From NCBI RefSeq assembly GCF_009914755.1, contig NC_060930.1: a DNA stretch of 64,000 nucleotides, one strand, 5' to 3'. Under the pieces are notes generated by a model that made no database searches, was not told the origin of the DNA, and saw only the letters and a list, made by a program, of their open reading frames with translations. The DNA is from the human T2T-CHM13v2.0 reference genome, Homo sapiens. Of the stretch, positions 25,586 through 45,280 are shown piece by piece. A program made the translations under genes and the position numbers. The first letter of the stretch is position 1; the number at the start of each line of letters is the position of its first letter.

Positions 25586-28303
25586 ATGTGTATCATTGGG
25601 CGTCAGAAAATGGGCTATGGCAGTTAGCCTGCAAGGGGGCCCCTAACAATCTGCATCTTCGGGTATTCAGTCCCCTTCTACACTGAATCAGTATTAGCCT
25701 GTGTGGCCAATAACTTGTGACCACGTGACTTAATGAAATGATGATTTGTGTCTTATGAGGTTGGTCATAAAAGGCACTGCAGCTCTGAGGAAAGCCAGCT
25801 GGTGGTATGTAAAGGCACTCAAGCATCCCTGTGGAGAGGCCCACATGGAGAAGACTTCCTAGCACCAACTTGACAACACATGTAGACCACATTGAAAATA
25901 ATTTCTCAATTTCCTCTGGGTGACTGCAGCCCCAGATGACCTCTGACTCCAACCTTGTGAGAAAGCTTGATATATAACCACCCAAATGAGCCATTTTTGA
26001 ACTCCTGACCAAGAGGAACCATAAAAACTGATCAGATTAATAGTGTTGTTTTAAGCCATTAAGCATTGTAGTGATCTGTTTTACACCGGTAGAGAAGTAA
26101 TATGGGGTATAAAGATTAATAAATGATGCCTATACACTTCTTTATTTACTTAGAACAAATTCAGAATAATATACTGGAAGTTTGGGTCACAATCTTAAAC
26201 AATGCCAAGAAATACCAACATTGAAATGCAAGAAGGGAATGTCTCTCTTTTTTTTTTTTTATAAAAGATCCCATTAATTTGACATTACCAAAGGATTCAT
26301 TCATTCACTTACTGAGGGGTTTTATATCTGATACTTTGCTAAATAGTTTGCATGCATTGTCTCATTTATTCTTCATAACAACGCGATGATACAGCTAATA
26401 TTATTATTCCCATTTTTTGGATGAGGAAGTTGTTGTTTAATGTGTTGAATGGAGTGATTCAAGGATATACAGCTATTAAAGGTCAGGTCTTCCTGACTAC
26501 AAAACTTGTAGGAATTGTGTCTTACCTCTTTATTTGAAAACTGTGCTTTGGGGAGGGCTTGAATTTAAAATATTTAAAATATAGGACGTAGGTTCTAGTT
26601 GTCCAGGGTCTATAGAGTGCCAAGAAGGTTTAAGCTAACAACGTAAGATCTATTTCATTCTTTAAACGATTCTTATTTCACAATTGCCATTGTTAATTTG
26701 TGTAATAGGAATCACATAGATCACACTCTGGTAGTTATACAGGAAGATAAATGAGATGAGTCCATGCTACAACTAATGACTTCTGGGTCTTGATTTCCTG
26801 CTTGCATTTCCTAACTGAAGACACTTACTGGGATCGCAGGCTGTCACTAAAGTTAAACAAAATAAATCATGGATCGTAAAATTAAAAACAATAAACTGAT
26901 TTTATGGCTGTTTTGTTCACACTGTAAGAGCATTGAGCATAATGGTCACGGCTGAACCAAGCTTAGATATTGCTAAGGCCAATTTTATGCCTTGTCATGC
27001 TTTTCATTTTCTTTTGCTTCAAGCTAATGATAAAACAATTGGAAGATTGCTTTGAATCCAGCATATCACTACAGAAACTTTAAAGAAGAGAATATTTTAG
27101 TGTAATAGCTCAATAAAGCAAAATTCAAATGTTCCTTTTGGCAAAAGTTTCACTTAATTTTAGCTCAAATTTTCCAGGATACTCTTCAAAAGGTAATGAA
27201 TTGGCAAATTATTTGGCATTTCTAGTTGCATATTTAAGTGAAGATAAATCTTTATGGTTTTTATATCAAAGTTATGAGTGACTGTTCTCTTTTATTGGAA
27301 ATTAAAAATCCCTCTATCAACCACAAGCAAGAATGGTACAGGTATAGCTGTGTGTGACTGTGTGTGGGTTGCGGGGGGAGGGAGAGGAGTTATAGGGGCA
27401 TTCAGGAAGGCAGAGGTAGTGTGGGGGAAGAGTCACAGAATAGAACCATAAGAATATTGAAGCTCAAATTATTGTTAGAGTTGGAAGGAACTCAGGTATG
27501 GGAGAACAGTCATGTGTTTCTAAATCAAATTAAATCTCCTGCCAATTGAGCAGTAGATTCTGTCTCAGTCATTTTGAGTACTCTAGGGTCATCAAAAAAA
27601 CCTAAAATGCTGCCTGAAAAGTTGGGTTGCTGTTGATATCCTCGTGGTCCATGCCCAACAGGTCCTCAAATGTGGATGGCTCCGTTGTCCCAATACCAAG
27701 TAGGCTATGAATGGTGTTTGCCTGAGCTGGGAGCGCTAGTTCCTAGGATCTAGCTTTCTGGATTCACCACACAGCCATATCTTTTGAAATTTTTTGCTAC
27801 CTTTCAAAGTACTGCAAGAAAGTGAGACATGTACCCTCACCACCAATGGGACCTTCCATTCTATTCCCTTCCTAGGAAAACATTGAGCTTCCCACTGTGG
27901 CTTCCTACCTTTCCTTCCCAAAGCATCCACCTATTTTCTTGCCTCTCCATGAACCATAGCTTAATCCCCACAAGGAATCCAGGCTTTCTGTGCAAAAGTC
28001 AGGAAGGAGACAGGAACAGGAAGAGGACAGGGATGTTTTCAGGAAATGTCTGTAACAAAAATCTCCACTGAGACCAGCAGCACAGAGCACCTGACTGCCT
28101 TTTTTTTTGGAATGGGATGGTGGTAGGTAGGAACAAAAAAAATGCAGGGATAAACAAAACCTAAATTAATGTCTCAATTTGTTAACCCATTGCACTATCA
28201 GAGTACAGACTCCTGGCAAGCAGATGCCAAAATTGGTAACATGTCCAGATTGGCTCCAGTCCAGCAGAAGTTCAATTGTTGAAGAACATGTATAAAGTCT
28301 TCT

Positions 28304-28343
28304 TAAATACTGTTTGGTCACACCCATTCATTAGTCTGGGCAT
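28304..28343 (+). repeat. 40-bp segment duplicated at 29499-29538
   Basis: taaatactgtttgg(t/c)cacacccattcatta(g/c)tctgg(g/a)cat; 3 mismatches. Confidence 0.9.
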
Positions 28344-28650
28344 ACTTCCTTTAGGGAGTACCAACCAGTGCCTTCTTTATTTTATATTAAGGGTCACAGA
28401 GGATGAAGTTTGGTGAGGCACTTCAGGGGGATTTTCCAATGGGTTTGAATGAGTCTTAGAGAAAATTGTATACTCCAAACTCCTTGGAGAAGAGCTTCCT
28501 GGGATAAATGTTAAATCTGTATCAGAACAGAGCACAGCTCTTGTCACTGTTTGGTGCCTGGGTCTGCTGCTGGAAAATTCCTCTTGCCTTATGCTATCAA
28601 GTGAGCTAGCTAAATTCTGGAGAAAGCTGCTCATAAAACTGATAAGAGCC

Positions 28651-28789
28651 CTCTGTTAAACAACCTAATTTGAACTTTATCCCAGAGACCTTGAGAAACA
28701 GGGTCTGCACTTTTATAATCCAAGAATTGAATATGGTCCTGCACAGTTGGGTAACATTTGACCTTGAAACGTCGTTCTAAAAGTCGTGT
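28651..28789 (+). repeat. 139-bp segment duplicated (direct) at 29358-29496
   Basis: ctctgttaaacaacctaatttg...; 6 mismatches, no gaps. Confidence 0.95.
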
Positions 28790-29041
28790 TTCCCCCTTGC
28801 TGGCTTTGCTGTTATCTGTGCATCAGTGAACACTTTATCATAGTAACGCTTCAGGAATGTGCAGAATAGTTGAGGAGCTTGAATGCCACAGCAGTTTCAA
28901 GTATGCTGGGCTCTTGCTACCAGCTCACTGGGTCGGTCGCTAGAAGACTGCTATAGCACATATGCTGCAGAACTGACGTTCATTACCAGGTCACTTTCAA
29001 AGTGTTGGCTAGCAAGTCTGTAGTTAGTTCTTATTTTTCTC

Positions 29042-29961
29042 CTATGATTTCTGTTTTCAACAAATTTGCAGTCCATTTGGACAGGTAGAATAAACAGGGC
29101 AAATAAAACCATAGAAGAATTATTGAGTTCTTCCTACTTCTTATTATACGAAGGGCATGGTATGCATTTTCCCCTTTAACATAACATGCAACATCCAACA
29201 GTCTGGAAAGGTATTATTCTACCCATTTTGCACATTAGGAAACTGAGGCTTACAGATGTGAAGATAATGACTCCAAGTCTAACAGCTAGTAAATTATAGA
29301 CCTAGATTCAAACCCAAGACTGTGATGACAAACCCCAGGTGCTTATTAAGCACTGCACTCTGTTAAACAACCTAATTTGAACTTTATCCCAGAGACCTTG
29401 AGAAACTGGGTCTGCACTTTCATAATCCAAGAATTGAATATGGTCCTGCACAGTTGGGTAACATTTGACCTTGAAATGTCATTCTAAATGTCATGTCATA
29501 AATACTGTTTGGCCACACCCATTCATTACTCTGGACATCAGATGTGCCACAGAAAATGCCTATATTTTTATTTTGGCTTTGGGGGGACTATTAAATGTTT
29601 GCAAAGGAGTGCTTGAATTTGACTTTAAAAACTGGAGTACCATAGTGCAGTGCTTAATAAGCACCTGGGGTTTGGCATCATAGTCTTGGGTTTGAATCTA
29701 GGTCTATAATTTACTAGCTGTTAGACTTGGAGTCATTATCTTCACATCTGTGAGCCTCAGTTTCCTAATGTGCAAAATGGGTAGAATAATACCTTTCCCG
29801 ACTGTTGGATGTTGCATGTTATGTTAAAGGGGAAAATGCATACCATGCCCTTCGTATAATAAGAAGTAGGAAGAACTCAATAATTCTTGTATGGTTTTAC
29901 TTGCCCTATTTATTCTACCTGTCCAAATGGACTGCAAATTTATTGAAAACAGAAATCATAG
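29042..29961. repeat. 318-bp inverted repeat (29042-29359 / 29644-29961) with a 284-bp spacer; arms contain a MIR
   Basis: Manual reverse-complement alignment: 8 mismatches, no gaps (97.5%). Confidence 0.97.
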
Positions 29962-31153
29962 CTTCTCTTGCTTTACATTCTCATGCCAAGAAGAATGCCA
30001 AGGACATAGCAAGCAGTCAATAAATATTTGTTAGTTCCTGTTATTTCTTTTGAAATTATTCCACTTTCAAGCCAGTTACACAGAACACTTCTTCTTTGGT
30101 GATGATCAGACTAAGACCTTCGTTTTTTATGTTTGTTGGAAAGTCATAGAATGTAAATAACACCAGAAGATTTTTTTAAAGTCTCTGTGTCTGGTAGGAT
30201 TTCTTAAAAATTTGATTCTCTGCATTGTAAGGACTTTTGACAGTAGTAAAAAAAAAAAGTACTTGAATGCACATAGGAATAGAGTTCTTAAACCAACATT
30301 CATTATTTTTGACTTTCCAGTTGATGTGAGCACTTCATGTATCTTGATAATTTGCTTAAGGGACAATATGCACTTCTAGCCTACCTCTGTCTTTGCAGCT
30401 TCATAGTTATCAATAAGATCCTGAGTGAAACTGAGCTATGCACCCACACAATCAACACTTTGGCAGCAGTATCTGCAGGGTGGAGTAGAAGCAAGGAAGG
30501 GGGTTGAAAATAGGACAACCTCCAGGGCCAAGATCTACAGCAGCCCTGTGGCTGCCACAGTGCAGATGTTTCTTTTTTGTCATCACTCTAACTAGAAAGA
30601 CTGTATGAGATTCCAAGTCCAATTTTAGGCTTTTTGGAAGGACAAAAAAAGCATCCTTCATCAAATATTAGTAGATGCTTATGACTGGTTCATATTTTTA
30701 ATTTAACATATTAGGAGAAATGGCAGACACCACAACATTCAGCCTGCGTGGAGAACAATATGTGACATATTTTCTCTGTAGAATTGAACTAAATGTAGAC
30801 TTGAACTAGTAACACTACCAGTCACTTTGAAGAAAATCTAACCTTTGGGGGTTAACATTGAAAAGGAAAAGAGAAGGGACGGGTATTAGCTTTTTTTAAA
30901 CTTTTAATATAATTTAAAAAATTTAGAATAGGCTTAGATTTACAGAAAGTTTGCGAAGATAGTGTAGAGGATTCCCATAAGCCCTGCACCCAGTTATTTA
31001 CTGTATTATTAGCATCTTATGTTAATATGGTATGCTTGTCAAAATCAATGAGTCAATACTGATATGTTATTTAACTAAAGTCCATATATTATTCAAATTT
31101 CCTTAAATTTTACCTCGTACTTTTTCTGTTCCAGCAACCCATCAGGATCTCTC

Positions 31154-31493
<340 letters not shown>

Positions 31494-34044
31494 TGATACT
31501 AACATTTTTGAAGAGCCAATTTAGTACCAGATGCATTTATGTCATCATTTCATTTAATTTTCATACATAGTATTTAGGTAGGCATTATTTTCTCATTTTA
31601 AGAATGACACAACTGATATCAGAGAGGGTAACTGACTTTCTCAGAGAAACTCAGAACCCAGGAAGTACTGAAGCAATCAATGATTCATATCCAAGCCATC
31701 TGGTCCCAACCCATTTTTTTTCTTCTCGTATCTTGCTATCTTTCTCACTTGCAATACAATGATCAAATTTATATTTGAAACACGTATTGCACATATAGTG
31801 TTGCATTCACATTTTGGAAAATAGTTATACAGGAGATTCCTTACTTGCTTTAATGCAAGTAGAATTGTTTGTAAGACTTTCCATCTGATTTCTCACAGCC
31901 AGAGAGACTTATCTGAGCTGCAGAAATCTAAAGTACAGCTGCCAAAGAATAATTGGTCATTGAATGATAGATGACTTATTGCTATAATATGTTTAATAAT
32001 GCCTTGTTATTGAAGGTTCTATATTACAGAAGATGCATTTCAACTTCTATTTCACTCAGAGGTGATATAAAAGAATGTGAGCCATATTTTGGGTTGAGTC
32101 ATATATTATTAGAGGTTTTTTGTCTATTTTTTTCTGAGTTAACAAGGTTACTCACAAACAATTCACACCAGAAACAAAACATATGGTCATTGGAAAGGGA
32201 ATTCATGGGACTTCTCACAATCTTTAGTTATTTACATCATACTTCATTACAATTCAGTTACATGAAATCCCCATTCTAGAGTTTCAACTCTTCTCAAATA
32301 TACAATATCAATTGTCCTGTGGTTGACAGGAAAATTGAGCTTTCAAAAATCTTGAATGTGCTGGAGAAAAAGGTGAAAAATAAACACAATAGGATAAACA
32401 GCCATTATTTTAAGCAGAATCTTTTTCTCTCACAACTGTATTTCACCTGCTTAACACTAATAATTAAAAGGATCTAAAAATAGTCCTATAGGAGCCAAAG
32501 GTTTCAGTAACAGATTAGAATTACTGGATGGCCATTTCTTGTGGTTAATAACAGATCTATTGTGTTGACTTAAAACATAAAAGGGTGATTATTCCCAACA
32601 GATATTTTCTTCTTTACGTTAAACACGGAAGTCTACAAAAAAAAATACTGACTGTTCTTGGTAAGTAGATTTTAATTTGTATCTATATAGTATGCTTCTC
32701 ACTTCATTAGGCTTAGAATTTGTGACTGAACAGCACTGTTTGGGCAGCCTGCTGCCTAGTTGGTGATGTCAGAAGCAATTACTTTCACAGATTTAAGATT
32801 TTGTCATCACACATATCCTGTCTTTAGTTATCTGAGTGGACAGCCCCATCAAGGACAATATGTATTTCATCATATATTTCTCGTGTCATTTTAAAAACAG
32901 CTCAAGGATCATCCCCCTTTGCACAACAAGAATGCATCAGTTGGATGAATGGTTAAATAGAGCCATCCAAATTCAGAAATACACTTCTTTTCCTAATTTC
33001 AAATTATTTCTGTAGAATAAATGTTGAGTACATTTACCTGGTTTCTTTATTTTGGCTCATGGCCCCTGGAAGAAGGGGATTGATACCTCCTTTTTTTTTT
33101 AATTTATGGCAGAAACCTAGAAATCATCATAGATTTTAGCTTGGCCTTCCTCATTCAATTAGAGACCAAATCTTGTGGAGTTTCTTCTTTGACATGTATC
33201 ATTTCACTATTTCTTAATAAGCTTCCACTCCTAGTTTAGTTTTTTTTTTTTTGCCTGAGCTATTATAATAGTGTTCTTATTGTTTTGCCTAATTCTTTCC
33301 TTCACACAGTCACTGCAAAGAAAGGTTTTGAGAAATGCAGATTTGACCACAGTTTCCCTAATTTTCAACCTTCCGAGATTTCTTATTGCCTTCAGGCACA
33401 AGTGCAAACTCTCTCCATGACCTCACTTTTCAAATGTCTTCTCCTGGGGGCATGTATACTCTGTAACATCAGGCTGTTTCACACTTGCTTCTACCACGTC
33501 TGCATCTTGTATTTTCTGGGTCTTTGTCTCTTGAAGAACAAATAAATACACCTCCTTTAGGACTCAATATCATGTCACACGCTTTCTGAGGATTTTCCTG
33601 ACCCAATGGGACAAACATAACTACTCTTTGTTCGGCTCCCTGTGTATACCTCTTTCACAACCCTGTAATATATTATGATACAAATTGTCTACAGGTCTGT
33701 AGACTCCCTACAGATTTAGCTTTTCGTATTTAAGATGTGAATCGTGTTTTTTTCTCTTTAGGCACACTGATGTTTGAAAATTCCTGATGGTCTCAAAGAT
33801 CAGTAAATGTGTGAGCCACTGTTACTGTGGCTAACCATGTGCTTGGCTTAGGGCAGAGATACTCAGACTTACTGAATGTAAGAATTGCCCAGATGTTGGA
33901 TGATATTCAAATTCTTGGAATGCATTCCCAGAAATTTTGATTCAAAAGCAATGAGGAGGGATCCAGAAATCCATTGTTTTCACAGGCACCCCAGGTACTT
34001 GTGACACAGGTGTATGAGGAATAAACATTGAGAAACTGACTTTT

Positions 34045-34602
34045 CCAGTTATCTATTGTTGCGTAACCAACCACCCTCAGGGACATAAACAAACTACTTG
34101 GAGGAAATAGAAAACAACTGTTTATTATGCCCATGGATTCTGAAGTTCTGGAATTTGTACATGACACAGCAGGAATGACTTGGCTTTGCCCTATGATGTC
34201 TGGGGAAGGAGGGAGACTCAGATGTCTAGGGGGTACTTGAATGGCTGAGGACTGGAATAGATGGGCTGTAGGATCTCTCGTGTTATAGTTTTCTTACTCA
34301 CATCCTTGATTACTGGGCTGGGATGAGTTAAAGACTGGGTTCAGCAGAGGTGGTCAACAAGAGCACCTACATGTGGCTTGGACTTCTCAGCATGGGAGCT
34401 GGGTTCTGAGAGGGAGCACTCCAAGAAAGTAAGCATGCCAAAAGAACTAGATAGAAGCTGCTTTGCCTTTTATGACTTGGCTTTACTTTGCTCAAACTGC
34501 TGAGGTGGTCTCAAGCCCACCCAGATTCAAGGTATAAGGCATATACCCCCCCTCAATGGAAAGAGTTTCATAAAAAGGACAGCAATGTTTTAAAACTGCC
34601 AT
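34045..34602 (-). mobile_element. MLT1-family LTR
   Basis: ccagttatctattgttgcgtaac...tttaaaactgccata. Confidence 0.65.
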
Positions 34603-35279
34603 ATCGATTTTGAACTTTGATTTATCTGTTTATATATATATAAACATATATATATATATATATGTTTTCGCTACTGGATCTGTGAGCTGTTTGAAGATAA
34701 AGATGGTATCTTATTTAGTCTTGAACCCTCAGGATCTGTTACAAACCTTGGTGGTTAATATAAACCCGGTAAATACTCATTGCTTTTAACTTATCTAAAG
34801 GTCAACAACCATAACCCTTCAATTACTGGGTATTATGGAGTATTATTGATCTAGAGATGCTTCTTCAGCAAGAAATTCTTTGCAAAAGACAGGGACTTGC
34901 CTCATAAAAGTTGACCGAATGATTTTTTTTATTGCTACTTAAATCCTAGTTGTACTATTTTGTGACTGTGATCTTGGGCAAATTACTTAAATTCTCCATA
35001 CTTCTATTTACTCTTACTCATCTCTGATGTGGGGAAAACAGTGGTATTTACTTCAGAGGTTGGGGGTAAGGAACAAATGAAATACATAAAGTTCTTAGAT
35101 AAGGGCAGGTAGTGGAGTTGAATAGAAAAGCCCCCTTCTTGTGAAGATATTATCATTCTTACAATAGCCATTGATGACTACAGTTAATCAACCACTAATG
35201 TGAATAACAGTTAAATTATTTCAATATAACCCCATAAGCTTTATTTGTGTATGTAGGTATGCACATATATGTTGATATG

Positions 35280-41100
<5,821 letters not shown>

Positions 41101-41496
41101 TTAGTCGAGCAAGGTGCTCTGTCACAGCTGGAAGTAGAATTTCTCAGCTTTACCCATTTGGGGGGCTGTTTTTAGCTCCATCTTCATGATGTTAAATACA
41201 ACTTTCAGTTATATTAAGTGTAATTTTGTAGGTTTTCTTTTTTCAGCTTTCATAGATTGACAATAGCTAAGCATTTTGTTATTTGATTTTAATGCTCAAA
41301 CATTGAGACATCTTATCTAGGGTTGTGGCATATCTGAAAGTAAAGACATTTTGGGACTAGGGTAACAGATTAATGTTTTGAATTCTCCACGTGATTTGAT
41401 GGGGCCCTTTTAGTTTTCAAAGCTCTTGATACAATTTTCACAGAAATTTGTGTCCAAAAAGTGCTCCAGATACCTCACTGTCAGTAATACATTTGC

Positions 41497-41623
41497 CTGT
41501 ACGTATATATATATATATATGTGTGTGTAAATGTATATGTGTATATATGTATATGAAAATATATGTGTATATATGTATATGTGTATATATATGTGTGTGT
41601 GTATATATACGTAGAGAGAGAGA
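41497..41623. repeat. (TA/TG)n low-complexity repeat
   Basis: Read directly from the sequence. Confidence 0.9.
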
Positions 41624-43742
41624 GCCACACTTAGTAATACATTGTTTGATATATATAATGATCTGTGAATGACGTGAATGACAAAGCAAGGGCTTTATGA
41701 TCATACTAGCCTGCATTCAAATCCTGGCTCCTTTTCCTAACAGTTGTGTGACCTTGGAAAAAATTTTTAGTTGCTTAGACTTCTATTTTTACATTTGTAA
41801 AGTGGCTGTTTCTCACAGGACTTTTGTGGGGATTAAATGAGAGATCTATAAAAAGAAATGAGCACAATGCATGGCCCAGAGTAGATGCCTGGTGAATGCG
41901 AATCCTGTACCATCTCTTCCATTCCAGCGGTGTAATTGTGGATAGTGAAAAGTGAGCCAGGAGAAAGGCACACTATCACTGCAGGGCTGTTTGATGTCTG
42001 GGTGGTTGGTGCAGCTAGTTAAAGCAATGTAATGAGAGCAGGGTTATGGGTGAAAAAATCTGCAAATCTGCCTGAACCAGATATCCTCTCTCTCTCTTTC
42101 TCTCTCTCTCTCCCTCCGTCTTCATTATGGTTATGAGGTAATAGGGTGAAAATGTAGGCAAGGACCATTGCATATCTGCCTTCACCCTAAGAAACAATAA
42201 CTGTGCCTGCAAGGTGGGCTAATTATTAGCATTACCTTTACATATGAAGAGCATAACAGCAAGCTGTTTGAAGCTTTCTTCAACCTTGATTCTGTTGCAT
42301 GGCCTTAAGATAGAAGACTAAGAGCCCATGGCACTTTTGAAAAGGAATAGAGGTGACCTTGTTGTTCCAACCCACATTAACTGTACGGTATTTTTAAAGC
42401 TTATTCTTTGAGCTAAGGGGCTGAGCAAGCTCTTGCTGAGCAGTTAATGGTTCCATATTTGCCTCTCAAATCTGTGTACTTCTGGTGCATGACTCATTGC
42501 TTTCGGGTGCAATAACTTGAACTACATAAAACCAATTTTAATTCTAAATATAATTTTGACTCTTAGGGAAATAATATATAGCATGCATCACTTGAATTAC
42601 AAAGTAGATAAAAATAGTTGGAATTAGGTTATCGTCTGTACTGCAAAAAGAGTGATTTCTCAGCTGCATTTTGAATTGTGGCATATAGTGATTTTACAAG
42701 TAAAGCTAATTTAAATATGGCACACAGGCACACAATATACTCTCTAAGGTATTGAGTTAATTGGAGAATGATGTTTTCATTCTGCAGTTTTGTTCAAAGA
42801 GTTCACTATCGTTCTCTTGCTCTTTGATTTTAAATAAGCTTTTTATACTTTATTTCTTAAGCATAACTTATTTGCTATCTTCTGGTGTCTTATGTGATTT
42901 AAGTTGTTACTTTAAATTGATAGCATTCACATTGTTAAGAAGACGAGTGGCTGTTGTTCGATGGATCATTAGGTTTGATTTTAGGGTTTTCCTTTCCAGT
43001 TTACATTAATCAGCTTTATGTACCTTGTGCCTCATTTCTTCTTCCCAGTTCACATAAATATTGATGTTATCTTCAATTGGAAGTTTCAGAAAAGAAATTA
43101 GAATGAGAAAGCTGGCTCCAATAGCCATCAGTTGGAAAACCAATTCCAGGCATATCTATCAAAATTAGCTACTTTTTCAGTACATAAAATCCATTTATGC
43201 AAAAGGAAAATCAAATAAACTCTCATTAAAACAACCTGTATTTTTTTCCCATTTCCATCATTAAAAATGACTTTCCACCACCACTGGTCAAATTATAGTG
43301 TTTTTCTAATAACTCCTATGACTAATTTGTTAGTTTGTAATATAAATAATCTTTCTATGAAATTGTTTAACTGTTTGCTTCATTTTGGACTTCTTGTTTT
43401 GCAGTAACTTAATTTAAAATAAGCTCATGTAATAGCTTTGTTGGGTTAACCAGATTGAGATGCAAAAATGTCTATTTAATAAGCATATATTGATAGGGCT
43501 CTTGTAGGAGGGTGAGCAGGAATAAAAACAGTTTCCTGGTAGCTGAGTACTCTGGAGGCCTGGAGCTCCAGAATGAATACAGCCAACACATAAGCCTGAA
43601 TTAGAAGGCAAGTTTGGAAGGCCTACCTTTATTTGCCTAGAATTTTCTGACTTCTCCTCACCCTTCAACTTGCTTCCTATCCTGTCTTGCTAAAAAGCCC
43701 TAGAACTGTGCTGTCCAATATGGTAGAGAATTTGCAGCAATT

Positions 43743-44440
<698 letters not shown>

Positions 44441-45280
44441 CTATTTAAAATTCAGTTAATTTAAATTAAATACAATTTAAAATTCATTTCCTTAGTCATA
44501 TTAGCCAAATTTCAGGGGCTCAATATTCATGTGTAGCTAGTGGATACCATGCTAGATGGTACATATACAGAACATTTACATCATGGTGGAAAATTCTATT
44601 ATATCGCCCAGCTCTAGAACATCACATAGCTCCTTCTCTTTGGCATAGAAAGGAATGATTGGGATTAGGAAAAATAGAAGAAACACTACAACCAAAGCAT
44701 TGTCTTCATTCAGAGTATTGTCTTGACTTCTTGGGAACTTGGATTCTACCAGCCCCATACCATTAATCTGGCTTCCACTGCTATGATTTCATTATTAATG
44801 GAGATATTAATGTTTTCCCCATTTCCTTCCCTGAGTTCTTTCCTAAAACGATATTTCTTATAGCCTCTGACTTGTTTAATAAATGATTGCTAACTTTAGA
44901 GCCTTTACATTTCCATTTGTGATATACTGTGGCTTATCAGCACACTAGGATATTCACTCATAATTTTGGAGTGGTTTTCAAACACCATTTTGTTGCAATT
45001 TCTTTCCTCTTTTTCAACACAGACAAGAGGGTGCCATTTTAGCTCAGTTCATTATCAGTCTCTAAGTCAGCTTGAGATATTAAATTGAGTTAGGACTCGA
45101 AAGCCAGGATCATAATTCCTCTGCAGTTTTCTGTGGGGTAGCTCTTTTCTTCACCCTTGCACCACTCTATAGTGGGAGAGATGTTCTTGTTGCTCCTCAC
45201 TTCAACTTCCAAATTATGATTTCTCCCCAAATCACACATTTGAATCTCAAGTTGTTCAATATATTATCTGCTGCCCTTTG

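Larger units (their letters stand above)
24164..26102 (+). mobile_element. MLT1F-like MaLR with two LTRs (~24164-25091 and ~25614-26102) and a short internal remnant
   Basis: Two related LTRs with tgttttaagcc..aag tails; internal start gaatttggtacc. Confidence 0.65.
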
